64,000 nucleotides of DNA. Source: Octopus sinensis (lineage: Eukaryota). How positions within the stretch are numbered: the stretch's first letter is position 1; the number at the start of each line of letters is the position of its first letter. Location: positions 68,324,001-68,388,000 of the forward strand of contig NC_043002.1 of the NCBI RefSeq assembly GCF_006345805.1, written 5' to 3'. The translations under genes were made by a program, and so were the position numbers. Below the pieces are notes generated by a model. It was given only the letters and a program-made list of their open reading frames with translations, did no database searches and was not told the DNA's origin. This document shows positions 23,960 to 36,147 of the stretch, in pieces.

Positions 23960-24950
23960 AATGGTACCTGGACAATCAGAAATTATCAATGGCTCAATGA
24001 AACTATGTCATCTCTGGTGAATCATCATTCACCTTTTTTTTTCTATTTTGGAGTGAGCTTCTGTCTGGAGACAGCCCAAAGAAGCTTTTACCCTTGATTG
24101 TTTGGTCCATGAAGCATGAATGTGGCTCTGTGATGATTTAGAGTTTATCACAGAATTCTTTGGACCCTTTAGTTCAACATGGCAGAGTAAATGTCAGGAT
24201 TATCTTAGTATTTTGGCTAATTATGTCTCTCCTATGATGCAAAGTCCACTCAGCTGGCAAAAATGAATAGTACCTGTATTTCAAAAGGGGCAGCCTTGTC
24301 ACACTCTGTGTCACGCTGAATCTCCTTGTGAACTACGTTAAGGGTACACGTGTCTGTGGAATGCTCAGCCACTTTCACGAGCAAGCTGTTCCACTGATTG
24401 TATCAGCTGGGACCCTCGTCATCATCACCGACGGAGTGCTCCTATGCTCCTATGGTGCAAATATTGTTCCCTGATAGTAGCACAATCTTCCAGGATGATA
24501 ATGCACCAAAATTGAAGAAAGACTACTTGCATTGGTCCCCACAATCATTAGATCTCAATATAATTTAACATATATGGGACTTTTTGGAACAGAAGGCAAG
24601 GAGCCACTTACCTCCATCATCATTGCTGAAAGAGCCAAAGCAGGTTTGACTTACAGAATGACTTAAAATTCTCCTAACAACCATTCAGAACCTGTACAAG
24701 TCAATTCCTCAACATATTAAAGCAGCAATTGATGCCATATATGGGCCAGCTACATATCGAATAATCCCCTCTTATTAAAGGCACACATGTCTGTGGAGTG
24801 CTCAGCCACTTGCACGTTAATTTTAACCTGGATCTCAATATAATTTAACATATATGGGACTTCCATTTAACATCTAGTTAAATGGAAGTTTTAATATTGA
24901 ATAATAAAACTTCCATTTAACTAGATGTTTCCATTGTTTTGTTCAATCCT
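23960..24950 (+). mobile_element. Degenerate Tc1-like transposon remnant
   Basis: FQDDNAP at about 24489-24509 and HWSPQSLDLNII*HIWD at about 24530-24580; interrupted by a SINE at about 24244-24446 with a CTCCTATG(A/G)TGCAAA duplication. Confidence 0.7.
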
Positions 24951-27152
24951 TACATATGGCACAAGCATGGCTATGTGGTTCAGCAGTTCACTTCCCAATC
25001 ATATAGTTTCAGGTTCAGTCTCACTATGTGACACCTTGGGGAAAGTGTCTTCTACTATTTCCTTGGATTGGCCAAAGCCATGTGAGTGAATTTGGTAGAA
25101 GGCAACTTTAAGAAACATGTGTGTTCATGTGAATGATTTTATATTTTCCCTCATCTTCACATTTATTTGCTGGTTGTAAATAACGGCATCAATGTTCATC
25201 CAGACACTACCATCTGTTTGCAGTCCACTGCAAAAACCTGTCCAGGTTTCTTGATATGTCTTGATAGGTTGTGAGATGTTTGTAAACAAACGACTCAGAT
25301 GTTGTCGCTCAGATGGTGTCATTTATTTCCAATTTCTCTGCATAACCATGATTAGGTTTTTTTTGCTGCTCAACAAGGAAGAGTCATCACAAAAGGCATT
25401 CAGCCATAAAAAACTGTCCCAGTGTAACCTCAACTGATTCATGAAGGAATGGAATAGTACAAGTTAAAACAATGATGTGGTAGTCAAGGATATTTGTAAA
25501 TGTAGCATCAGCAATACTGTTCAAGATTAGGGAGAGTTTTCCACTGTGGGTCCCATTGAACTATGTAGAGGCAGGCAGCAACTGTTCATCATTAACATTT
25601 AACATCTGTTTTCCATGCTAGCATGGGTTGGACAGTTGAGAGTAACTGGTAATCCAAGGAGCTGCACCAGGCTCCATTTATCTGTTTTGGCTGGATGCCC
25701 TCCTAATGTCAACCACTTTACAGAGCACTTATTACATGGCACTGGCACAGATACTTTTTATGTGGCACCAGCATGTACCAGGGCTTTTTACATAGTGCTG
25801 ACATGGACACATTTTTACATGATGTATTTTCTGGTTCTGAAGAAGGTTCATCTTTGGGACATACATTTTGACCTTGTGAATGTTGAGATATTCAATTAAT
25901 CAAAAGCAAAGAATCATGAGTAGGAAAACAGATTTCTAGTAGATATGACTTTTCAGAAGCCATATAGAGGGTAATGTATATTGAGGAAGGAAAGAAATGC
26001 ACGGTGTTGGTGATTATTAATTCTGAGGTTTTGCAACTGATATCAACAGCCATTCTTGGGAATGAGACACATTGCAGTATGTTACCAAAAATCTAGGGAC
26101 ATTCCTGAAAATGTTGGCAAAAATGGAGACAAGATCTGGGGTACACTGTTTGAAAGTAATAGCAAGGCATGTGTTTGTAATGGCTTGAAGTAACTGCAGG
26201 TATTTTAGCACTTAGTGTACTAAAATAGTTTGTAAAAAAAGTTGAAAAAAAATTATTGGAAACCTGTGAATTAGCTATCTGCAAAGTTGGTGTGAATCAT
26301 CAGAGTTCTACTATATAAAAGACCTTGCTGTATTTACTTGCATCCTTTTATGTTCTGAATTCAAATCTTATTGAAGTCAATCTCTTATTATTCTGGTAAT
26401 AATAAAACAAGCCCCAGATTCACATTGGGGTTTATTTACTCAATGGACCTTCCTCAGTATTTCTGTTACTATTACTCTGTTAGAAATGAATACATGTTGA
26501 ATCAAGGGATGCTTTGAATTGAAAATGTGAGGTACTTATGACAGAAGTTGATCAAAGTAGACTTAGGAGGAAGTGTTTAAAACACACTTGACAGTATTAC
26601 AACATATAATAGAGTAAGGGTGTGTTTCGAATGGATATTTAAATTTACTTCAGTGCTTTTGATTTAGGCTGTGTTGTGCAATAAATATATATGATTTGTC
26701 AAAAGCACCAATATTCTGAATAAGCTACCTGCTAATGTATTAGCCTAATTCATGATAACTTTATAAGCAACTGATCTATGCTAGTATGTCTTCTCTGAGG
26801 AATGATCAAGTAAGTGTGATACAGTTTGTCAGGAGACTCCCTCTGTTTTTCCACACAACATTAAGATAGAGAGAATGTGTTTATATTCTCATGTAACCCA
26901 CAATGGGGCTTTATAGTGTTTAAATTTACTTCAGTTCTTCTGACTTACGTAATATTGTGAATATATATATTATCTAAGATAATATGCAGGCATGGCTAAA
27001 CAATCAGGAAATTTGTTTCTGTACCACATGGCTTCAAGTTTAGGCTCACTGCATGACATCTTGGGCAAATGTCTTCTATAGTCCCAGGATAACTAAAGCC
27101 TTTTGAGTGGATCTGGTAGATGGACACTGAAAGAAGACTATTACATGTGTGT

Positions 27153-27188
<36 letters not shown>

Positions 27189-27539
27189 AGTGGGTGTTTG
27201 CATCTCATTGTCTTGATATGGTGTGGTAGTCCTTAATAAACATCCCTATTGTTCCAAGTGGCATCAATTTCTAATCTTCCTTGAAAATATGGCCAGTTAT
27301 GGTGAAATATTACCTAGCTTGGAGACAGATGAGTGTTGGTAACAAGCAGTCATTAATCTTCATCTATTGAGGAAGATTTCTTATGGACATCTAGCCCTAG
27401 AAAATTTGCCAGAATGAATTCCATCTGACCCATGCAAGCATAAATAAGTGAACAGTGAAACGAAAATGACAATGACTGTATATTAAAATGTTGAATATTA
27501 CACTCTCACATTCACACAAATATAAGTCAAGAGAAAAGG

Positions 27540-28546
27540 AATGGTGTCTTATAAGTTTTATTCCAGATGTTCCTGTTCAACAGAAACTGACATTTGGAAA
27601 AACATTCTACAAGGCAACAAAACTAGGCTGTAGCACAGACTTTGGTATAGGAACCCTGCCAATGCACATACAAAGACATTTAAACTATTGCTACAAATAG
27701 CAAGGGGTGGGGAAAAAAAGGTGCAAAACGTTTGATTCAGCCAAAGCCGTTTTGTCGACTTATTTTGTACTTAACCAAACAACGAAGAAAATATATTAGC
27801 ATTTTGTCATGGATTTTTACAATACCAAAATGTAATAAGGTTGCTATTGAATACGATAAGACAAATAGCTCTTTTAAAAAATATGCAATGATTTTTTTTT
27901 GGTGTTTTTTTGTTTTTGCTTCTTAAGTTTTTTTCAGTTTGTTTTCCATCCCTCCACCCACATATACATATATATATATATACACATACATATATATATA
28001 TATATACATAAAAACACACATACACACATACATATGCACATGCACGCATTTTTTTTTTTAAGAAATTCTTGTAAATATCATCCCTAGATTTTTAACAGTT
28101 AATGTGCATGGGTTACACTGACAAGAATCATTCAATATAATTAACAACCGTACAAAGTTAAAAGCATCTTGTCATAAACCACATCAAAGGTTCTCTTACA
28201 GAATTGACACACAAATCCACCAATAAAAAGAAATATTTAGATAAGTCTCCCTTTTTTTTTTTGCAGAGAAATGTTTTTCTTTTCTTTTAAAGTTAAATAA
28301 TTCAAAAAGATACTGTGAAATCTGGGAGGTGGAATTTACAAGTTATATGATTTTAAAATGCCCTCAACTGAATAAAAGTGTGATTCTGTAGATATCATAT
28401 ATACTCAAACACACACAAATATACATACAAATGTGAGTATATTTTTAAATGTGAAATATATATACATACATATACACACATCTATGAGTATGTGCATGTA
28501 TAACTATGCACAAATATGTGTGTTTATATATATATAAATATATATG

Positions 28547-28595
<49 letters not shown>

Positions 28596-28737
28596 ATACA
28601 TATACATGTGTGTGTGTGTACATATATATGCACATGTGTTTATACATATATGCATGTACATACATATGTATGCATGTGTGTAGACATATATATATACATG
28701 TGTGTGTATGTAGATATATGTGTGTGTGTATACATAC

Positions 28738-28777
<40 letters not shown>

Positions 28778-29813
28778 AATAAGGAACATAGGTTTATAGA
28801 AAAAAAATGTGGAGCAAAATTTTACAAGTCACTATATCAAAATTTCCTCCAGTTATCTTGATAAGTTGGCCAGCAAAAGTCCAATGGTATATATATAAGT
28901 TAGACAGTTTTGGTTACATTTGTTCTGGGCAGCATTTTGGTAAGCATTGGTAGCTGCAACATATGATATGGCTGCATGAAGGTCTAAAAGTTGGCCATGC
29001 CCTGGTAACATTAGATAGCAAACTTATCTTTAAATAAAGCTTTTTTTTTTATGTACTACTGGGTAACTTAATTCCATAATTTTGGAAATAAAAAAAAAAT
29101 AAACAAAAGTAATATGGGAGAAAATAAGTAAATGAAATTTAAAAATTAAAATGTAATGCATGATAAAAATAAATAAGATAAGAAATAATATTAAAATATA
29201 GGAAAAGAGAGTAAACAAGAATATGTTGAATATTTCCGACACCTAATTTCTTGTAGATATAATTAAAGTAATTATCAATTAAGTGTTTTGGTGAAATAAA
29301 ATGATTATAATAGTAGTGATGAAAATATCTAAAGCATTTTCTTTTTCCAGAGAATTATTTCATATCGAAAAAAAAAAAATGTCTAAAATGTTTTCAGACT
29401 TCATTTAAAGAAAGTGATTAGGAATATAGGTTTATAACTCCAACTTGCCAATAATTTTATAATTTTCCATGGGTGTTCAATATTTTCATGGCAGTTTAGT
29501 ATTATGAATAATTATTATTATTGTGACAAATATGCAAAAAAAAAACCCAGCTATAAAAGCATTTGAAACAAAAAAAAATTAGAAGCAATAAAAATATAAA
29601 TAAAATATATTTAAAAAGGAAATAAAGAAACAAAACAGAAGAGAGGGAGGGGGAGGGGGCAGGACAACCAACGAGAACTTGCATGCTATTATTAGCTGCC
29701 ATTGCCGATATTTTAATTGGACTCTCATTAAATGTACACATAACAATTTAATCAGACTTCAATATGTCAACGAAACAATTTACGAAGTTGATGATAAAAG
29801 CGTAACTATTTAT
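27540..29813 (-). other. HELZ: Probable HELZ 3'UTR with candidate AATAAA at 27562-27557
   Basis: Follows the stop codon; U-rich on the minus strand; free of the major SINE families that fill the introns; TTTATT on + at 27557-27562. The end point is inferred. Confidence 0.5.
28400..28775. repeat. Compound TA/TG/CA microsatellite in the probable HELZ 3'UTR
   Basis: Directly visible; source of several spurious ORFs. Confidence 0.9.
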
Positions 29814-31613
29814 TTAATACAGACTTTCAGCTTGTAGTTCAGGTGTTTCCCCAATATTTAAGTCTCTGAGAAATGAAAGAGAATCCAGATCAGTATCTCC
29901 AAGAGTATTGTAACCTGCTGGAGTGTGAGGTGTGAGTGGTTCTATGAACTTTTGAGTTTCCTCCACTGTGCTCGGCTGTATAACTGCAGAGCGATCATAC
30001 AGCCGAGTTCTCAGTGGCCACATCAAGCTGGGTGGAATCTGAGATTCTCCTCCTTGAACATGATGAATATTGTAACTACCACATACTTGGTTGGTTTTCA
30101 TTTCTGAAACTGATGGTGGTGGTTGTCCAAGTTTGTTAACATGCCTTTGTAGTTCCAAATCTAGAGACATGTTGTTTGAGTAGTTGGATTGAGGTTGCAT
30201 TGTCTGCCTGCTGAGGGCATTTAGATCCCGTTCGACTTCCTTCTCAGGACTTTCATCTAACATTTTTACAACATTTAACACTGTAGTTGGGGTTTCTAAA
30301 TCGTCATTGAACTGATGACTAAACCCGGTGGAGAAACGTAATGGCTGGAAGTCTTTGAGACCATTATGTTGGCCAATAGGGCTGGTGCCATTACTTTCTG
30401 CAAGTTTATGTAATGGTAAATCTAGCTTGGAAGTATTCATCTTTCTCAGGTGATCATCAATAACTGGTTGGTGCAATAGGGTGATATTGTCCAAGCTGTT
30501 GGGTACTTCAAAATTCCGAACTGAAGCTTGCTGGGATCTCATAGGGGAAGGCTTAATAATATGGTCATTGTCAACGATTTGCTCAGCAAATTCTCTAACA
30601 GGATAAAATGGTGAGCATGGTTCTCTTTCTTTAATTTTATCTACACCAATAATCTGACGTAATGTCAAAGATTTGCCTTGATTGGAAGCAGAATGGTCTT
30701 CATTCTGAAGAATATGCTTGTGCAAATCACCATTTAGAGATTTCTTGTTGTGGCCAATTTGTCCCCAGGAATGTTCAATTGGTGTTACTGATCTGCTGTT
30801 GGTTGGCATTTCTACATGATGGTCATCAGTGAGATCAGGTTTTAAGTGTAATGAAAAGTCATCGGTGATATTCGTAGATATCGGAGTGTTTGTACGAGAG
30901 CTTTCATTCGAACTTCCTATTTGTTGCCGTGACAATAAGTATGATGGTACATGCTTAACATTTGGTAGAAGTTGGATCACTTGACCAGTAGCTGTGGAAC
31001 TTGGTGACGATGAAGGTGGTAACAGAGGATCTTTCATACAGAAATGATTCCGATCCGTTCGATTGGTTGGGTTGCAACGGTTATGAGAATATGTGCCGTT
31101 TCGTCCAGTGATAGGACGTGACACACCTAAATATTTTGATGGAGTCATAAAAGCAGGACTACCTAAATAGGGGCTACTGGGAAACCTTGGAGGAACCATA
31201 ATCATCCTATGGTCATCTGGAGGATAAAACTGCTGTAACGGTAGGCAGAGTGGTAGAAAGGAGTTTTGGTAAGGGTTGGGTGGCATGTACATAACTGGCT
31301 GACCTTTAGTGAGTTTAGCAGTTTTGGCTAATTGTTTGGAGGAATCTAAGTTTTTCCCTTCAGATGTTCCAACATCAGCAGGTAATGGTGGAGGAGCTGG
31401 AGTTGGGACAGGTTGGGTTACAGCAGGTGGCTTTACTTTAGGACGCTGCTGGCTATGGAGAGGAGATGGAGTATGCTGCTGCCGAGAAGATAATGGCATT
31501 GGTGGAGTATTGCGTCCATTTAAAGACTGACCAGGAACATTTGGATAACCAGGATACATTGGATACAAGCCATAGTAAGGTCCTGGATAAAATGGAGCAT
31601 AAGGAGGATACAG
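29814..31613 (-). CDS. HELZ: HELZ terminal coding exon, 599-aa low-complexity C-terminal tail
   Basis: TTTGCAG acceptor; 1,800-bp open frame to TAA; phase 0 matches the previous exon. Confidence 0.9.
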   Translation of the reverse strand: MYPPYAPFYPGPYYGLYPMYPGYPNVPGQSLNGRNTPPMPLSSRQQHTPSPLHSQQRPKVKPPAVTQPVPTPAPPPLPADVGTSEGKNLDSSKQLAKTAKLTKGQPVMYMPPNPYQNSFLPLCLPLQQFYPPDDHRMIMVPPRFPSSPYLGSPAFMTPSKYLGVSRPITGRNGTYSHNRCNPTNRTDRNHFCMKDPLLPPSSSPSSTATGQVIQLLPNVKHVPSYLLSRQQIGSSNESSRTNTPISTNITDDFSLHLKPDLTDDHHVEMPTNSRSVTPIEHSWGQIGHNKKSLNGDLHKHILQNEDHSASNQGKSLTLRQIIGVDKIKEREPCSPFYPVREFAEQIVDNDHIIKPSPMRSQQASVRNFEVPNSLDNITLLHQPVIDDHLRKMNTSKLDLPLHKLAESNGTSPIGQHNGLKDFQPLRFSTGFSHQFNDDLETPTTVLNVVKMLDESPEKEVERDLNALSRQTMQPQSNYSNNMSLDLELQRHVNKLGQPPPSVSEMKTNQVCGSYNIHHVQGGESQIPPSLMWPLRTRLYDRSAVIQPSTVEETQKFIEPLTPHTPAGYNTLGDTDLDSLSFLRDLNIGETPELQAESLY

Positions 31614-32911
31614 CTGCAAAGAAACAAAATGAAATATAAACAAAATGTCTCACTGAGGGAAATACTGAATATATTATTTTAGAAGATTTGAAGTAATCAC
31701 TTAATTTAGGTATAGGTATGGTTAAGTGGTTGAGAAACTTGCTTCCCATGTGATCTTGGGTTAAATCCTACTTCACAGTATCTTAAGTGAGTATCTTCTA
31801 CTATAGCCTGAAGCCAATGAAAGCCTTGTGAGTGAATTCAGTAGATGGAAACTGAAAGAAGCCTATCATATCTATATATGTGTAAGTTTATGTGTACACT
31901 TACCTTGTCATGTGGTGATTGTAAATGTGCATTACCATCATACAAGTGATGTTTGTTTCCAGTTTCCATGAAAAACATATTTGGCCATGGGGAAATATTA
32001 TCTTGTTTGGAAACAGGTAACAGTTGGTGACAGGAAGGGCCTCCAGCCATAGTAAATTTGTATCACCAAATTCCATCTGATCCATGCAAGCATGGAAAAG
32101 TGGATGTTAAACAATGATGATAATTTAATTTCTAATTATATTTCAGACTATTTTTTAATAGCTATTTATTTAGTTTTTACATCTTTCTTTTCCACATTGG
32201 CATGGAATACTCAAGATGGTATTCCAGAGATGGATGATGTTCTTGGTACCAACCCATACTGGTTTTTAAATAAAGTACTTTATCCCACTTTTTTGTCATG
32301 TTGAAGTGTCAAGCTACTAAACTTTTTATTTATCTGAGCAAGTGTCTTTTGCTATCATCTTGGGTCGACCAAAGCCTTGTGATTAAATTTGGTCGGCAGA
32401 AGTTCCTGTTATGCGTGTACATGTGTGTGTAAGTACTTGTGCTTCCAAACAGAGTGGTGGGGGGGAACAAAACACAAATAATGTCACTGATGCCCAAGTG
32501 GTGCCAAGATGCACTTAGACAAATCCATACATTCATACACATACACACAAATGCATGTGTGTGTGTGTATGTATGTATGTGTTTTAGAGATGCCATCAAA
32601 AGCAGCCTTTAAGGTTCTTAGTGTGAATGTTGAAGACTAAGAAGTGAACTATTATGGTTGTAAAGCATTTGAAAGATAGAGAATCGAACAACCCATCATG
32701 AAATGAGCCCTTTGTGAACAAGACTTAACTTCAATCCCAGACACTTCTCAGCCTGGAAATGTCTGTAACATCTGCAGGAGGGTCTGATGATTGTCCAAAG
32801 CCAGATTATCTAGTAATATAAAATCTCATGATGGCATTTACTCATTGAAGAGATGTCTTCTCTTGTAAAGAAGTGGCAATCACTGTTGTATGTGTGTATG
32901 TGCATGTGCGC

Positions 32912-32988
<77 letters not shown>
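32912..32988. repeat. (TA)n microsatellite
   Basis: Directly visible. Confidence 0.95.
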
Positions 32989-32990
<2 letters not shown>

Positions 32991-34009
32991 ATCATTGTTT
33001 AATGTCCTCTTTCCATGCTGGCATATATATATATTTAATTAGAGGGTATGTTAACCTCATGAAGGGATGGTTGCACCCAAGGAAATACTGGTTCAATACC
33101 TAGTATTTTGGGGAAATAAAATTCCCTTAAAACAATAGGTATATATAAAGCATATAGTTTATATCCATTTAATAGAAGAAAAGAAAATGGAGATTAGGAA
33201 GTTAATAATTGTTTATTATTAACAAGAAATTGTTACACGCACACACAAATTATATACATAGAGAATGCAAACAATGGGTTTTTGTAGAATTCCTGTATAC
33301 TAAATTTCACTCACAAGCTGAAGCTATAACAGAAGACATTTGCTAAAAGCGCCATACAGTGAGATTGAACTGAGAACCACATGAATGTGAAGCAAACTTA
33401 TTCAACCATACAACCATGCTGGTTCCTACATTTATAAATATTTCTATAAAGTTGAATTATAAAATTGGTTACCTGAGATAGAGAATGACAAATGTCTTAG
33501 TTTAAATACATTAAAATAAAATATTGTAGTATTAGAATACAATTTCATCTTGAGATTTAAGGAAATTGTAATCCATCAAATCATTAGTTAGTCATAAATA
33601 CAAAATCAAGCAAGATATGCCTTTTTATAGACATATTTTAAGAGAATTGTGTCTTATCTACTTATAGGTAAATATAGTTCTCATCAAAATTCAATAGTAA
33701 AGATCTGATTAATCTAATTAGCAATAGCACCAAATATATATATGTGTATATATATATGTGTATATATATATGTATATGTATGTATACATTGAATATTTTT
33801 ACAATTCATACTTATATAGTTAAGTGTATATTGCATTAAATACATGCAAATAGTTTCAAATTCTGAACCAAGATTTTGTTTTCTATGTCATACAGAATGT
33901 TATACATTAGGTTATACATCCCCATAACTATTTGCATGTATCTAATGCAATATACACTTAACTATATAAGTATGAATTGTAAAAATATTCAATGTATACA
34001 TACATATAC

Positions 34010-34050
<41 letters not shown>

Positions 34051-34316
34051 GATAAGGATAGATATGGCTGGTTTATGGGGTTAACCTGGGCTTCACGTCC
34101 ATAAAGCGCTTAGCTTTACAGCATGAGAGGCCATAGGCCAACAGGTTTAATGTATGAAGAAACGCTGTAAAGCTAAGCGCTTTATGGATGTGAAATCCAG
34201 GATAACCCCATAGACCGGCCATGTCTATCTTTATATATTCTACATCTCTATAACTTAGAGTGTGCTTCTGTTTTGGATTTCTGGCTTACTGACGATATAT
34301 ATATGTATATACTTAC

Positions 34317-34602
34317 CTGAGGGTACAGCGGGTATGAATATCGGGAATAGAAGGGCATAGTGGAGAATGTGGGAACTTTTATTGGTCCATATGGATTAAT
34401 CACAGCAGGATCAAAAAAAGGTTCGTCATCTAAAAGATGAGAGCGTAGCTGGCGACTTGGGACAAATTCTGGTGCTAAAGGATTGAGAACATAGGTCTTC
34501 TTTATTTCAGCTCCATCCAACTGGCCTCTGAGTTGAGTCCAACTCATTCCGATTAAGCTACCATTTTTTGTAGCAGCCTCCAATAAATGTTCCCAGATTT
34601 TT
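34317..34602 (-). CDS. HELZ: HELZ exon with PAM2 motif (KKTYVLNPLAPEFVP)
   Basis: 286 bp, CACAG acceptor, GTAAGT donor; ORF 34248..34670; PAM2 core at 34458-34487. Confidence 0.94.
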
Positions 34603-34714
34603 CTGTGGAAAAAGAAAAATATTGTGGTGATAATTTTAGAGAAAAAAATTAAAATTATTGAAGATAGCATAATGTAAAAGAGGTCACTGAAGAAATCTCA
34701 ATATAGCTTATTGT

Positions 34715-35090
34715 GAAATGGAATAAAGATCCGATTTGCTTTGCTTCACACAGAAACTGCAGGAGCAACTCGGAGGTTTTGCTAGCTCTTCTAAATCCAT
34801 TGCATTGCTGGAAACCCTTCCATATCATCAGCAGGTATCTCATGGGAATAAGTGTTTCGCACAATAGCCTGTATGCTTCACCTGAGTGAGGCAGCAAGGA
34901 CTGAGCTAGTCTCCACTTAGGGAAAGGTTCCACTTGCGGTTTTTATCAATCATAGCCATCTTGGGCTAGTTTCAGCTGCTGTGCCTATTTCCTTGATGGT
35001 TTTCTTCAGTTGTCTGGGTTCCAGACCCATCTTCTGCAGGAAATAGCGCACTGATATAGACAGAAAGCCGCAGCAGCCAAATTCAATGGG
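34715..35090 (-). mobile_element. RLE-type (HERO-like) LINE 3' end; related 3'UTR copy at about 54130-54330
   Basis: PIEFGCCGF...GTAAETSPRWL* resembles the PVEVGCRGF...AAE.AS.WLW terminus of HERO-type elements. Confidence 0.55.
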
Positions 35091-35371
35091 GGGGGGGGTT
35101 CTTTTGTTAATGTTCTGATATCTGAAGAAATGTTGGTAGCTACTTTGAAATGATTTTTTTTTGTTAAGTTCACAAGTAAAAATAGAACTATTGCATCATT
35201 ACAATATTGACAACTTAAATCAGACTGTTAGATTATCAACATATATCACTGGGAGCAAAGAAAGGAACTTTCGTTCAAAATTTAAAATGTGTGCATCTAC
35301 ATTTTTGTGTTTTAGTCTTTTGAAAGAAGTCCTGGAATCAGGGGAGGTAATAGAATCCACATTTATATTAC

Positions 35372-35567
35372 CTGCATTTTCCGACAAGACAAAGAGACAC
35401 AGGATCTCCAATAACAGCAACAAGTGACTGGGCCCGAGTGATTGCAGTGTTCAAGAGTTTGACATTAGACAAGAAACCATAGTCGATTATGTCTTCCAAA
35501 TTTCCTTCTGTACTACATGTGTGTCTTGTACGCACAGTACTCAGTACTATTACTCTGAACTGTTTGC
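35372..35567 (-). CDS. HELZ: HELZ exon [13 protein letters not shown]...[28 protein letters not shown] (motif VI)
   Basis: 196 bp, CCAG acceptor, GTAAT donor. Confidence 0.95.
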
Positions 35568-35975
35568 CTGGATTAAAAGATTATATTTTCATTTAAATTA
35601 TTAGCCTAGCTGAGAATGAGTAAATTTTATGTTTTATTCAGTTAGATTTAAGTTTTAAATGGTTTCTTTTAATGTTGGCATAAGTAGGGCTGTTAAGATA
35701 AACACAATCTCAAATTCTAAGGTCATATCAAAATAGTTTAATTCTAAAATAAAAAGCGAAATAAAATTTTTTAATATTTTACAAGTCTACTTTTAGATTC
35801 TTACATTACTAATCCAAATGACAAACAGTAATTATTTTGATAAATTTCGACAAATATTTAAAAATATTTCTATATAAAACGGATGTCACTAACTGGAATC
35901 AAAGAATTGTCTTTCCTTATGATTCTTAAAATGTGTGTATATAAACATTATCAAGAAATGATTAGGCAACTTTAC

Positions 35976-36051
35976 CTTGAACATTTACAACTCTTTCAAC
36001 AGAAACACCACCTAAATCTCGTTTTCGGAGTTCTGTTCTTATTTTTTGTAC
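35976..36051 (-). CDS. HELZ: HELZ exon VQKIRTELRKRDLGGVSVERVVNVQ(G) (motif V)
   Basis: 76 bp, TTTCAG acceptor, GTAAAG donor; not in the ORF track. Confidence 0.93.
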
Positions 36052-36147
36052 CTGAAATTATATTTGTTGATTAGTAAAATATAGAACATACAGACACAAA
36101 GACACAGCTGATTTAATTAGCTGTTTGTATTGATTAGACCCCAGTAA

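Noticed and set aside
28445-28861. Cluster of ORFs rich in Y/I/H/T/V/C
   Set aside because: Translations of dinucleotide microsatellites; the same applies at 10095-10418, 27807-28087 and 32810-33103.
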